DNA from: Callorhinchus milii
Lineage: Eukaryota
Length of the DNA stretch: 64,000 nt
Reading direction: 5' to 3'
NCBI RefSeq assembly: GCF_018977255.1
Contig: NW_024704743.1
Location: 99,636,001-99,700,000 of the forward strand
Shown here: piece after piece, positions 10,851 to 23,388 of the stretch
How positions within the stretch are numbered: position 1 is the stretch's first letter
Layout: each line of letters starts with the position of its first letter
Made by a program: the position numbers and the translations under genes
Notes under the pieces: generated by a model
The model's input: the letters and a program-made list of their open reading frames with translations, nothing else
What the model was told of the DNA's origin: nothing
Databases searched by the model: none

Positions 10851-13244
10851 GTTTTTATTCATTGGTAATTTCACTAAACCATATAATCTGTATGCACTCT
10901 TTTTCTTATCCATATGTATTCAAAGTTAATACATGAATGTGTCCATACATTGTAACCCAATCTGCTCCATTCACTTTGCTTTCTCTCTCCTTTGTAAAAC
11001 AACCTGTCAGCAGCAATGTTATTATGTTGAAAACACTTGTTACTTATATCTGAAGCTGCAAGTTTAAATATATCACACACAAGTAATCATGTTACATGTT
11101 GTAGTTTATTTGAATTATTTAATAGTGCTCATGGTATTGCCTTCATACATATTATATGGATACCTAAGCAACATTTCATAAATGTTTTGCTGAAATGTGT
11201 CTTTTGCCTTTAGCCTAGTGCTGGCTCACTCTGGGCAGTCTTCTGTTTACTTATACTTTCTTCTTTTTCTTATGTTTACTTACATGAACTGACAGTGAAT
11301 AAATAAATGAATAATAAATAACTGAAGCACATTTAAAATTTGTGGGATTTGCATTTGCTTTACCATAAGACATGAAAATCAATTGGTATCAAGGTAACAA
11401 AGTAAGATAGCATAAATTCTTCACAAAAATAAGCCACCAAGTGACATTTATATTCAAACATAAGAATCATCAAAGATGCCAATTACTTTACTTGATCCTT
11501 TAAATGGTTTCATAAAGACTGCAGGAGTCACCTGAACAAGGTGGTTTCCAAACACCTTACAATGCTCCAATATGTATCAATTGAATTTACATACACACAT
11601 TGAAATGAGTCATTTCAAGAACTGGAGCTAACAAATCTAATGCAGAACTTGACAGATAGTGTTCACATACAAATGAAACAGCATTGGTAAATAGGACTCC
11701 AGCACTCTATCTTCATAAGATGCTGATTCAATGAGCTAGTCAGGAGAAACAGCTGGATAATTAGAAAATGATGCTCAATGTGACTAAAACTTAATTTTAA
11801 TGTAATGCCCATTTTTCTCAATATTTCCCATCATACACAAACACGTCCTAAATATGATTAATTCCAACCGTTGCAGCATTAGAAATTTAAAAACAAGACT
11901 GTGGTAGGAATTTAAAAATAATTAAAAATAAATTCCTATAATAAATCAAGCATTGGTTTTGGATTTTGGGATCTTTTGCAAGTTTATAATGAGATTTATA
12001 ACAAAGTCAGGATTACTTGGTGAAAGCAGGACTTTTAAAGGTTGATTTCAAGAATTGATTCAGAGCTGTAAAGGGCATATAGCAAATATTGTATGGTTAT
12101 GCAGAAAATACAATAGTACTGAGCCAATGCCCAACTGAATTTCAGAAAATTGTCAGCAGTGGCTGAGGATAATAAAGGAAAGTGCATTTAGGAATATTGG
12201 AGGATTGAGTGAGACATACATTAAACCATTATGTGTGAATAGTTTTGAGATGATTCTCGGTTATGTAAGTAGCTGTTATTAATTCGGTGATGTAGAGGTA
12301 ACTGGTCTTTGACCGCCCTACAAAATGATCTGTGACTCAGGTCAATTTGATTCATTTATTTATTAATTTCAGGTCTTAATTTATAATGGAAAGTGAATCT
12401 AACTCTTGTAGCAGAGCAGTTGGAGTCCTCTAAATTAACAAGTGCTGGTGCTGGTGAGAACCAAGATCACAACGAGCAGTGGAGTTTGAGTACAAGTGGG
12501 CATTTCCTCTCCCTGTGCTCTTTCTCTCTCAGCACAGCACAGGCAGCACCAAGTGATTCAGAGACTGTCCCATTGCCTCTGACTCGACTTTCCAATGCAA
12601 CTTCAAGGACTGACCAGACACGGCAGAGCAGAGTAAACTAAAACGACTTTATTCATTATGAAAAAGTAAGATCGTTTGATAACTACAGTTGTATCAGAGA
12701 TAAAATATCATAGCAATTTCGAGGCATCTTGTTACAGTAGTGCAGAAGAGAGATCAACATGCGTGTCATGGTTATGGAGGGGTCAAGATCATTTTGTCCT
12801 GCTTTAATTTCCAGCTGTTTATGGACTGCTGGAGGCAGTCTTTTATGTACTGTATTTTGGCTTTACTTTCAGACTTTTATCATCCAACTTTGCTTAATCC
12901 CTTCATCTTGACCCCTCTTTACTTATCTTTCAATCCCACCATAAGACCTACCTCTTTGATCGTGCCTGTGATCACCAACTCCTCCCTTGCCACAACGTCA
13001 CCACTGTACAGTGCTTTAAGATACCATTGTATCTTACATGGAGGTCACTATACGACAACAACAAATTACATTTATATAGTGCCATTCACCTCAGGAGTAT
13101 ATAAATGCAATTTGTTGCTGTTGCCGTATTCTCCTCTGAGCACTCCACGTTCACAAGTCTATTGTCAAGCCAAGGTAATGAATAATGAAATGTGTTCCTG
13201 AAAGAATAAAGAGCACATAATACAGTAAACTCCCTTTCTATTTT

Positions 13245-13430
13245 CATAATATTGGATTTTTAACATCCACCTAAATAGGTAGACGGGACCTCATTTTAAC
13301 ATTTAATGCAAAGGTTGGCACCTCCAACAATGTAGCTCTCTCCAGCACTGTATTGGAATGTCAGCATGGATGATATGCTCAAACTCCCGACATGGGGTTT
13401 GACCCCACAATCTTTTGACTCAAAGACTGT
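13245..13430 (-). mobile_element. Old SacSINE1/DeuSINE-like SINE fragment
   Basis: ggcacctccaacaatgtagc...cagcactgtattggaatgtcagc...tttgaccccacaatcttttgactca. Confidence 0.75.
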
Positions 13431-14433
13431 TACTAATTTTATAGTATTACATGGACTCCACAGTATTGAAACATGCCATTCAAGCTGGTGTTTATGCTCC
13501 ACATTGATCTCCACCCCTCCTTATCCTCAGTCTCTATCTCCTTCCAACACCCCTCTAATCTCATATCCTTTATAACTGAGCCAGGCTGACACCTTGTGAT
13601 ATATATATAATTCACAAGGTTACAAAATATTTGGAGCTAAGTGTTATCGTTTGCCAAAATATATTCTGTATTATTCTCTGTACATAGCATGAATACAACA
13701 AGCAAGACTAGAATAGGTTATCGTAACAGATAAAATCCAATTGCAGGCAGTATGAAGCTCATTTATTCCAGTTCTTCAGGCAACTAATGAAGAATATATT
13801 GCTCTCATACATTAGGATGTCATCCAGTTTACATTCCTGATAGTACATTATAAAAAAATGGCATGTTCAACTGTTTAAAAATGTTTCAAAATATATTAAA
13901 TAGTCAAAGAGCACAGCAGCAAAGCAGCTTCATCACTGTGATACTGAAGAAATCACAGAACAAAGCCTCAGATCATATAAACTACAATTGCTTCATTGCT
14001 CAAAGGATCAGATAGAGGCTGTCATGATTTCATTAATATTTGATTAGGGAAGGGATTCCCTCATATTCATATCTGTGAATTTATGATTTCTTTAGCAAAT
14101 TGCATGACTTGAAAAATACCAACTCAGATTGATCTCAGTTGTCGTTGCTTCATATTACCTACGGCATATCTGATATAATCCATCTGCTGTGTTAGCTATT
14201 TGTGTTCTCTGATACAAATCACCATTTTTCTTAGAAATACAAGAGTGAAAATGGCCAAGTGACGTGTTCATTACCACAGATTATAATTAGCACATTACAT
14301 AACACAATTTTCACTCTATGATATTTCCTCAAAATATAATTGGACACTATAATCTTGTCCATGTGTGAAATGTAAAGGATTATGTTATCTCGTGCAGAGT
14401 CAACTGACTCATTAGACGAGAATATGTGTTTAC

Positions 14434-14484
14434 CTTTGACACGAAGAAGATGCTCTAATTTCTTGGAATGGGGTTACACAAATC
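14434..14484 (-). other. Weak candidate exon (51 nt, phase 2-2 open: ICVTPFQEIRASSSCQ)
   Basis: Donor aag|GTAAAC; acceptor gtctAG with a poor pyrimidine tract. Confidence 0.2.
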
Positions 14485-14508
14485 CTAGACGTTCTATTAT
14501 GTTTTATA

Positions 14509-14590
14509 ATACAGTAAACTCCCGATAATTCATCACTCCAAAGGAAAAGGGCTCAGTGATGAGTTAGCTGGAGTGGAGAGTTAGGCATAT
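14509..14590 (+). mobile_element. Terminus of a Tc1/mariner-type non-autonomous DNA transposon
   Basis: TA|CAGTAAACTCC start; homologous to the reverse complement of 35876-35954. Confidence 0.6.
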
Positions 14591-14704
14591 ATATATAAAT
14601 ATATAAATAAATGTGGCTGGGATATTTACCACATGATGACACCAAATGGTAGTGACAAGTTAAACTAGGATTGAGCTAGGATAACTTTTCCCTTCACAAG
14701 CTTC

Positions 14705-15062
14705 AGAACATCCAGAGCTCTGCAACTAATGTGCTTTCTGGCATTAGGCTCCATGGGCCTATCACCTCCATCCTCACCCTGCTCCACTGACTTCCCAAGC
14801 CCCCAGAGGATTGAATTAAAGATCTTTGTCCTTACTTTTAAATCCCTCCATGCTCTTGCCCCATCCTACCTCTGTGACCTTCGAAAACCCTACGAACCTG
14901 TCTCCTTATTCTGCTCAACAGAAATGGCCTGCTTCACATCTCCCGCACGGCCTACTCCACCATTGATGATCAAGGCTTACAGCGTTTCGGCCGCCATATC
15001 CTGGAACTCCATCTCATAGTCCCTTCACCTCTCCTTTTCCGTTGTCTCCTTCAAGGTCTGTC
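14705..15062 (+). mobile_element. Degenerate L2 LINE fragment
   Basis: PQRIELKIFVLTFKSLHALAPSYLCDL. Confidence 0.85.
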
Positions 15063-15086
15063 CTCGTTTTTAATTACATTATTCGT

Positions 15087-15285
15087 GAGAGTATTAGGTA
15101 CAGGTTGGCCAGAGCCAAGGCTTGGGAGCCCCAGAGTGTGTGTTGGTGTATTCCTGGTGTTTATCCAGCCAAACCCCATACCTCAGAGCATTAGCAAGCT
15201 TCCCATTGCTTCTCCAATTAGGAACACTTTTCGTGTTAGGGCTTTAGGTTACAGTGTTAACAGGAGTCAACTGGGAAGAATCCCT
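15087..15285. repeat. Unclassified dispersed repeat, copy 1 (direct repeat with 21080-21270)
   Basis: Shared agagccaaggcttggg..ccc..agtgtgtgttg and gttagg.ctttag.tt.cag.gttaa.aggag. Confidence 0.7.
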
Positions 15286-15469
15286 GTTCCCAGGGGTTGG
15301 TATAAATTAGACATTTTTATTTCAAGGGACCACTGAAGCAGGTTGCAGAGTATAAAGATGCACAATGATATCCTGGTACCTGCACATATCCAAATCCAGT
15401 CTGTAATTAGTACTCCACTTTCCCAAATTGGAGTGTGATCAAGGTAAAAAGACCACTCCACCATTGCCT

Positions 15470-15640
15470 TAAATTGTAAAGGTGTGCATAATTGTAGAAA
15501 AATCTTAACTTGGAAGTGAGTTTTCTGCAGTTCTTTGGAAGCAGCTTCCAAATTAGGGCTGAATTTAAGCATTTTCTAAAATTCTGTATGCTTTTAAAAA
15601 GTTTAAGACTTAAAGTCTTAAAGCTAAGACCATAAGACCA
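15470..15640. mobile_element. Palindromic MITE-like family copy
   Basis: ttttctgcagttctttggaagcagcttccaaattagggctgaatttaagcattttc. Confidence 0.6.
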
Positions 15641-15885
15641 CAAAACAATTCAGTACTTAGACACTGCAAGAAGTTAATGGAGAATTCCTTTCCATTTGAT
15701 ATGAAATGCTTAATACAACTTATTATGGTAGACTTTGTTGGAGGAGAGAAAAAGAAAAACAAAGAATGAGAGATGAAATAATTTATATTTTAAATAGAAA
15801 TGATCCAATAATGAAATCTATCAAAGATTTAGTGAGAACACATTTTGGTGGTTCAATAAACAATGCAACTTTATTTTTGCATTTT

Positions 15886-16477
15886 GCAGAGCTCAGAACT
15901 CTGCAGCTCGTGTACTGTCCCGCACCAGGCTTCGGGACCACATCACTCCCACCCTCGCTCGCCTCCACTGGCTCCCCATCCCCCAGAGGATTGATTTCAA
16001 GATCCTCATCCTCACCTACAAGGCCATTCACGGCCTTGCTCCCTCCTACCTCTCCAACCTACTATCCCCCTACCTACCTGCCCGTACCCTCCGTTCCTCC
16101 GGCTCCGGTCTGCTCCACGTCCCCCGCCCCAATCGCCCTACCATTGGTGGTCGGGCCTTCAGCCTCTCAGCCCTGAGGCTCTGGAACTCTATCCCCCAGT
16201 GCCTTCGCCTTGCTTCCTCCCTCTCGTCCTTCAAGGCCGGTCTCAAAACCTTTCTCTTTGACCGAGCCTTCATCTCCCCTCTCGACTCTCTTCCCCCTTC
16301 TCGCTCCCTCCCATCCCTCCCCTCACCCTGACCATTTCCCCCCTCCTCGCTCCCTCCCCTCCCCTCACCCTGACCATTTCCCCCCTGCTCGGGTCATGAC
16401 CCAACTGTGCAGCGCCTTGGGACGTCCTCCTGACGTGAAAGGCGCTTTATAAATGGAATCTTGTTGTTGTTGTTGTT
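15886..16477 (+). mobile_element. Young L2 LINE 3' fragment with a duplicated 3' UTR motif
   Basis: QNSAARVLSRTRLRDHITPTLARLHWLP onward; CpGs retained; (TTG)n tail. Confidence 0.95.
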
Positions 16478-16544
16478 GCATTTAGTGTCAGATGAACAAG
16501 ACCTACATAGTTGTACTGGAGTATCATGGCAGATCTGTATAACA

Positions 16545-18570
16545 CATTTGAGCAGTGTTATACAATCATCTCCGCTCCCTTAAAACACAAACCCGGAAGC
16601 TCGAGTGCAAATGGCAGAAATCTGGCATCACGATCCACCGCCATTTGTGGCTCAAGCACCTCCGCACCTACAGCCTCTCCCTTTCACAGTCCAAAACTGA
16701 CTTTTACTCCAACGTCATCCCTGAGGCCAAAAATAACCCAAATACACTGTTTTCTACCGTCCATTATGTCCTCCGTGCACCTCCTCAAGCTCCCTCTATC
16801 CTCACATCAAACGCCAAGTGCAAAGAGGTCCTAGACTTCTTCGCCTCAAAGATCAAAAACATCTTCTTGGCTGCATTATTCTCTTTCCCCCCATGTCCCC
16901 TTCCACCCCACTCAGACCAGCCACACCGCCTTCTCCCTCTGCCACAGCTCCTGCCACTACCCCCTCCTTACACTCCTTTTAGGCTCCTATTTCCCCCTCC
17001 TACCTCTCAACCACGATCACCCCCATGAAGTTTACCACCTGCTGCCTCAACCACCTCTCCCTGCTGGATGACAGGGTAAACCAATCTCTCTCCTCAGGCT
17101 CTGTTCCACTCCCCCTGAAAACCGCTGTTATCACACCCATCCTCAAAATCGCACCCTCAATCCCTCCAATCTCTCATACTACCATCCCATTTCCAACTTA
17201 CCCTTCCTTGCTAAAGTCCTGGAATATATTGTTGCAGGTCAACTTTGGTCACACCTCTCTCTCTCCACTCCCTCCTCGAGCCCCTGCAGTCTGTTTTTCG
17301 CCCTGCCCACAGCACAGAGACAGCACTTGTCAAAGTCACAGACGACATCCCCTCTATCTGTGACCAGGGCTACTCCTGCCTCCTCATCCTCCTGGATATC
17401 TCTGCCATGTTCGACACAGTCGAACACATTATCTTGCTCCACCGCCTCTCCTCCCTCATCCACCTTAGTGGGACCGCACTCGAAAGGTTCGAGTCCTACT
17501 TAATCAACTGCCTCCATTTCATCTCGGCAAATGGTTTCTCCTCCCAGCCACGCCCGGTCACCTACGGGGTACCCCAGGGCTCCATCCTTGGCCCTCTTCT
17601 TTTCCTCATCTATATGCTCCCTCTGGGCGATGTCATCCACAGACATCGGGTAAACTTCCACATGTATGCGGATGACAAAGAAATCTACTTTGCTTTCGCC
17701 AGCATCGATGTTCTATCAGCTTGGCTGGCAGACATCAGGGCCTGGATGAGTACAAACTTCCTGGAGTTGAATGTGGACAAGACGGAAGCCATACTCTTCA
17801 CTCCTGTGGATCTGAACTCCTCAACCTCCCTGGGCTCTCCCTCAGACTCACTGGACCAGTGCGCAACCTAAGCGTCCGGTTTGGCCCCCAGCTGTCCTTC
17901 CTCCCCCAAATCTGGTTCCTGACCAGGTCCACCTTTGTCCATCTTCGCCACATTGCCCGCCTCCGACCTTATCTTACCCCAAATGCAGCCAAAACCCTCA
18001 AGCATGCATTTGTCACCTCCCGCCTGGATTACAACGCATTCTTTTCCGGTCGCCCCAGCTCCATAATTCAGAACTCATTCAGAACTCTGCTGCCCACGAA
18101 CTGACCTGGACCAAACTTCATACTCACATCTCACCAGTTCTGGCCAGGCTTCACTGGTTCCCCATCACTGAATGGATTGACTTCAAGATCCTCAAACTCG
18201 TGTTCAAATTCATTGAATCCCTGGGAAAGGCCTACCTCCCCGTCCTCCTCATTCCCCAATCCACCACCCAGAACTTTCGCTCGACTGGCACCGGCCTCCT
18301 GCTTGTCCCTCGCACCCTACTCTCCACCATCGGAGGTCGTGCTTTCAAAAACTACACCCCAAAACTCTGAAACTCTCTCCCTCAATCCCTCCACCTTGCC
18401 CCCTCTCTGCCCTTTTTGAAGTCCCACCTGAAAGTCTTCCTTTTCGCCCGCGCTTACGGTCACCTCAACAGCACCCCGCACCACCCCCGCGGCTCGGAGT
18501 CAGGGTCTGCCACTGTTAAGCATTCTGAGATCCTACCCTTGGAGGGCACTGTATAAGTGCAAGTTGTTGT
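16545..18570 (+). mobile_element. L2 LINE, 5'-truncated (~2 kb), second subfamily
   Basis: RPAHSTETALVKVTDDI, LLDISAMFDTVEH, GVPQGSILGPLLFLIY, YADD, RLDY; frameshifted. Confidence 0.95.
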
Positions 18571-20499
18571 TACCTCTGAAGAAGGTTTCTGTCGTTCTTT
18601 GAAGAAATTTACAGAAAAACAATTTAAAAATTAAAGCTGCATTTAAGAACTTGTCAAACTCTGGATGCTCTGAAATGCCATGGTAATAGAACAAACCTAT
18701 ACCGAGGTGGAATTTTCTTATTTTTGTATAAGAAACACACAACAATTTTAGGGAGAAATTACAAGTCAGAAACCTAATTAAAAGGTTTGAGATGATGCCA
18801 TTAACATTGAGATTGAAGATTTTTGCATTTTATAACCTCACTGAAATCTACAAACTAAACTTACAACTTTATAACCACACGTGGTACTTTTTATTATTTT
18901 TAACATATACTGTTAATAATAATAATAATCTTTACATTCAGTATAGTGCCTTTCATGTCGGGAGGAAGTCCCAAAGAGCTTCACAGTTTTTTTAAATGTT
19001 TTTTTGAGAAAGAACCATGAAGTGAATGATCAATTTTATTTGTTAAACTGTTTCATTACTAGTTGGCGATGCTCCAGGAGTTTGGGACGTCTTCCTGATG
19101 TAAATGGCATTATATAAATGCAATTTGTTATTGTTGTTTTGGGGGATGTTAACCTTTTCTTTTTGTAACAGGACTGTCAGAGTAGATTGAATGCTTGACT
19201 TGTGGTCTAATAGATAAGATTCTTTCATAAGGAAGCTGAGTGAGAACTCAATAACTAGATGTGAGACACATACACCACACCAAACATCATTCCAAAGGTA
19301 GATTGTGTCAGAGTGGTGTTCTTGTGAATCAGTGTGATGTATTTCCTTATTAAGCAATTCCTTTAGGAATCACTACATATTAGATTCAGTATGTGGGCGA
19401 TCCTCCTCAGTGGCTGTGAAAGTAAGTTGACCAGAGCTGGATTATTAAGGGGAGGGGGAATTAAAAAGTTGAATGCCTCTCCTTGTCTTTCATATCCTGC
19501 AAGGTTTGTAGAACTGACAATATTAATAAGTCTGTACAGTATATTGCTTTCCAGAGGGACAAGTATGAATTAAGGAAACAAGGAGCGTAAAGCCAATGGG
19601 AGACGAATGGGAGTTGTCTTTTTGTATAAAATAGAAAGAAAACCATATGATCTAAAGGAAGAATGCAGAGAATTGTTGTAAATGTTTTGATTTTTTGCTA
19701 TTTTTTTCCTTTCTCTTTCTTTCCCTGCCCTCTCCTCTGTTTGTCTTATAACCTGCTCCCTTCCAACATTGGGTAGGGTGAAATGTTGGGCAAGTAAATT
19801 ATTATTATTATTCTTTTTTAAATCAAGCATTCAAGAGGAAATTGGACTGTAAGATAACTAGGGGAAATTACAGGCAGATTAAACATGTATAGGAAAGGTC
19901 ACTGTTGGCACAGCGATAAACGAGGCAATTGGGATTCATTTAATCTAGCTGGATTTGAAGGATAATAAGAAAATACTTTGGAAGATAAAAATGATCTTAG
20001 ACCCATGGATAATTTGGATCTATAAGACATGGTGTCTTTCAGGGTGAAAGGGGTGAAGAAAATAAAACAAAGGACTAAATAAAGTGTTATGAATTAAAGG
20101 GTAAGATTAAATGTTTTATACAAATGACAAGAACATTATAATAAACATTTGAAATTTGATGTATATATATAGCAAGTGAAAATACTATCAGTGGATTGCA
20201 ATTTTCAATATATGCGACCTAGTTGTTACATTAATTGTGATTGCTGGTTTGCAAATATTGGAAGGGTTTGATTTGCAAGATTCACAAAGCAAGAAATGCA
20301 TTTTACTTTTTGGTCTTTTTGCAGACTTCACTGACTTTAGAAAATGGCAAGTACAGGGGAAACTATTTATAACGCGTTCTCTGAGTACAAACGTTCGGCG
20401 CCTGTGTTATGAGAGAAATGCTAAAAATGGCTGACTTTCGGGTCTACAGGTCACCCCTGACATTGCTTAATTTGAGTGACATTGCCGACATCACTTCCT

Positions 20500-21000
20500 T
20501 TGAAGCATTGCTGACATCATGGGCTGTGTGAAGGGAGTTTTCATAAGGTTTACCTGTATTCTTTCATAAATCTCATGAATAAAAANGCTTCCAATGGTCT
20601 CCAGATGTCTGATGTCCAAATGTCCTGACCATCCACAATAAATCACAATGGCTTTTGTTACTGTTGCTGCTGTACAACTGTCCTTGTACTTAGCCATAGG
20701 TACAAAATGAATCACAGAAACTTTGACTATAAAAAATCAATTCATTGTGGCATGTAAGTGTATTTGCTCAATGTCTTGTTCACAATGTGTGACTTGGGTG
20801 TTCTGGCAATTCTGCTTTAGTGGTTCTGTTCCTGTCCAGTTTTATACTCTCTTGAATGGAGTGCCACTGATGGATGATTGCAAAGCTAAAACTATAAGCC
20901 TGCAGCAGATCCAAAAGGACTATTTTTTTNCGGTCAAAACCCATTGCCATATTTAAAGCGTATCCAAACTGAGAATTCCAGGCATCCCACCTACACATGG
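20500..21000 (-). mobile_element. Decayed retroviral-type integrase core (Gypsy or GIN-like)
   Basis: IHFVPM...CTAATVTKAIV..CGWSGHLDI...GSXFIHEIYE...MKTPFTQP follows rve-domain spacing; contains two N bases. Confidence 0.5.
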
Positions 21001-21079
21001 AAATCCCAGAGATAGATTGTTGGAATGGTATGCAAACTCTCTATCTGGATGGACGCTTTCTGCTTGCCCAGTTCCAAAA

Positions 21080-21270
21080 CGTATTAGACACAGACTGGCA
21101 AGAGCCAAGGCTTGGGGACCCCAAAGTGTGTGTTGTGGTACTGCTGGAGTCTAACCAGCTAAAACCACATAGCTTGCCATTGATATTGCTGTCCTACTAG
21201 CTTTCCCACTGCTTGCTGTTAGGACTTTAGCTTGCAGGGTTAAGAGGAGCTGAGTGGGATGACTCCTTGC
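21080..21270. repeat. Unclassified dispersed repeat, copy 2
   Basis: Direct repeat of 15087-15285. Confidence 0.7.
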
Positions 21271-21477
21271 CTCTTGACTATTATCACTACCTGTGACCAC
21301 TTTGGAAAGCCCTGCAATGTCATTCATTGTTGCTGCTTTACAGATGAGATGCAAACCAAGGTGCCAACAATCTTACACAGAATTTGGTTGTTTATTTTCA
21401 TGGTTGTCGATGGGAGAAAAGGCGAAACCTTGTATAAAATAACTGCCATGATTGCCTTTAAAAAAGGTTATTTTAAA

Positions 21478-21545
21478 TCAGCGTAGTGTAACTGCAGGCC
21501 CACAGGCCACCTCCAGCCCAAAGGGGGATTTTATCCGGCCTGAGA
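21478..21545 (+). mobile_element. hAT (Charlie-like) transposon terminus
   Basis: caggcccacaggccacctccagccc...gattttatccggcc is typical of hAT subterminal GGCCC repeats; a possible other end lies near 22495-22556. Confidence 0.5.
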
Positions 21546-21599
21546 CCATTTCCAACGTTCCAACTTCTGCTTCCTCCCTCCCTGTTGAATGTTTTCCCA

Positions 21600-21995
21600 T
21601 GCCAGTGAGGGAGGAAAGGGAGGGGGGAGAGAGAATAATTGAATGAAAGCGAGAGAGAGAGAGAGAGAGGAGAGTGTGTGTGTGAGAGAGGTGAGAAGAG
21701 GAGAGTGAGAGAGCGAGACACTGAGTGAGAGAGGGGAGGGAGAGAATGATTGAGAGAGGAGAGCAGAGAAAGAAAGAGATTGAGAAAAAGTGTGAGGGGG
21801 GAAGAGAGAGAGTGTGAGAGAGAGGGAATGTGGATCAGAGAGAGTGTGTGTGAGGGGGGAAGAGAGTGATTGAGAGAGAAAGAGAGACAGAGAAGGGAGA
21901 GTGATTGCGAGAGAGGAGAGAGAGATAGAGAGAGAGAGCATCAGAGGGGGAGAGAGAGAGAAACCAAAAGAGTGAGGGAGCAAAGAGAAAAAGGA
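21600..21995. repeat. GA-rich low-complexity tract
   Basis: Degenerate (GA)n/(GT)n. Confidence 0.95.
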
Positions 21996-22129
21996 GAAAT
22001 GAGTCCAGCATTTTATCGTTCACCGTCAGGACAGATCGGAACTTCCATCGGCCACCACAGGGGGTACCAAGGACAGACAACCAGCTGTGCAGTTTCCTCG
22101 CAGAAAGCTCCCTCTTTCCCCAATGAAAA

Positions 22130-22400
22130 ATGTCTCTGTGTCCTTCATTCTGTCCCTGCCCATCTTACCTCTGTGACCTCCCGATACTGAGCATTCCTTT
22201 TGCAGAGAAAACATCATGCTTCATGTCCCTCCACCCCATCTGCCACCAGCATTACCATTCTGTCCCCCGCTCTCTGGAGTTCCATTCCTGGAGTCTCTCT
22301 GAATTGCTCCCTTCCTCTCCTCATTCGAGGTATGTTTTTGACCGTGGTTTTGGTCAACTTTTCCTGTCCCCACCTCTCTTGGTTCCCACCACCAGCTCAG
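22130..22400 (+). mobile_element. Highly degenerate L2 3' fragment
   Basis: gcccatcttacctctgtgacctcc, ctctggagttccattcct, tttgaccgtggttttggtca. Confidence 0.6.
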
Positions 22401-23371
22401 GTGCCCAGCTAACAGTGTCAAGCTGTCCTTCCAACATGAAAAAGGTGCAGTGTAAATGTTGTTATGTTCTGGAAAGGAAACTCAAAATATTGCTTAAGTG
22501 ACCCACGGACCTTTCTCAAATAGAGAATGCAGCCCACCCTACTTTAAATTATTGACTGTGGTTACTATGAAGCATTTCGAAATGTTTGGATGTAATAAGA
22601 CACTATAAAAATAAAAATGCAAGTTCTTTCTTTACTTCTGATGGACCTACAGCAGTTCTATGGTCCCTAGGGGCTCTGTGCTGTCACAGCTGTGACTGAT
22701 GTCACAAGCACAGGTCTATATGATGCACAGCATCGCTGCTAACATGATGGCTAATGAGTTGCATATCACTGCTAGAGTCCATTTCCTCATGATGCCCACT
22801 AGAATAGGGAACCTAATCCTTATGGGACACTGCTATGCACAATTGGCTGCCACGTTTCGCCCCCAAATATACAGTCCATTCACTTTACAATACATTCTGT
22901 GAAGAGCTTTGAGACATTCAAATACATGATAAGGTGCTATATCAAATGCAAAGATTATTATTATTAACTATTCTGTAAAATAATTCTCCTCTGTCACTTC
23001 CCATATTGACGAAGTGTCTTCTATAGCCTGAGATGGTGAGGTCTCTTCTACAGACTGAGTTAGAAAATCACACCTTATTAATGGACAATTTCAGCAAAAT
23101 ATACCAGTACTCAGAGAGATCAATTATTGGGATGTCCATGTAGATTCCTTCTATCATGAAGATAATTAGAAGCAGTTTCCACTTGCTATGAAGCAGGGAA
23201 CCCCAGTGGCAGAACTGATACTGTTATCACATTCCATCTGAGCACCATGGTGCAATTTGGTGGAAAATATGATGACACAAAATTGGTGTAATGTTAGACT
23301 TTAGCAGTCTAATACATTTCCTATGGCTTCTTCCCTAAATTCTCAAACAATAAACTGTTTTAACCTAAGAA

Positions 23372-23388
23372 CAGTGCCCTCTTGTGAC
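23372..23388 (-). promoter_or_regulatory. Putative CTCF site
   Basis: GTCACAAGAGGGCACTG resembles the CCACnAGRGGGCRC core; lies in unique sequence. Confidence 0.4.

Noticed and set aside
12740..13201. 153-aa ORF
   Set aside because: The second half crosses decayed L2 tails, composition is not protein-like, and it starts at GTG
19590..19635. CCAAT plus TATAAA arrangement as an LTR or promoter
   Set aside because: Short motifs expected by chance in AT-rich DNA; no second LTR copy or TG..CA boundary found
21473..22190. S/L-rich and R/E-rich ORFs
   Set aside because: Read-through of a GA microsatellite
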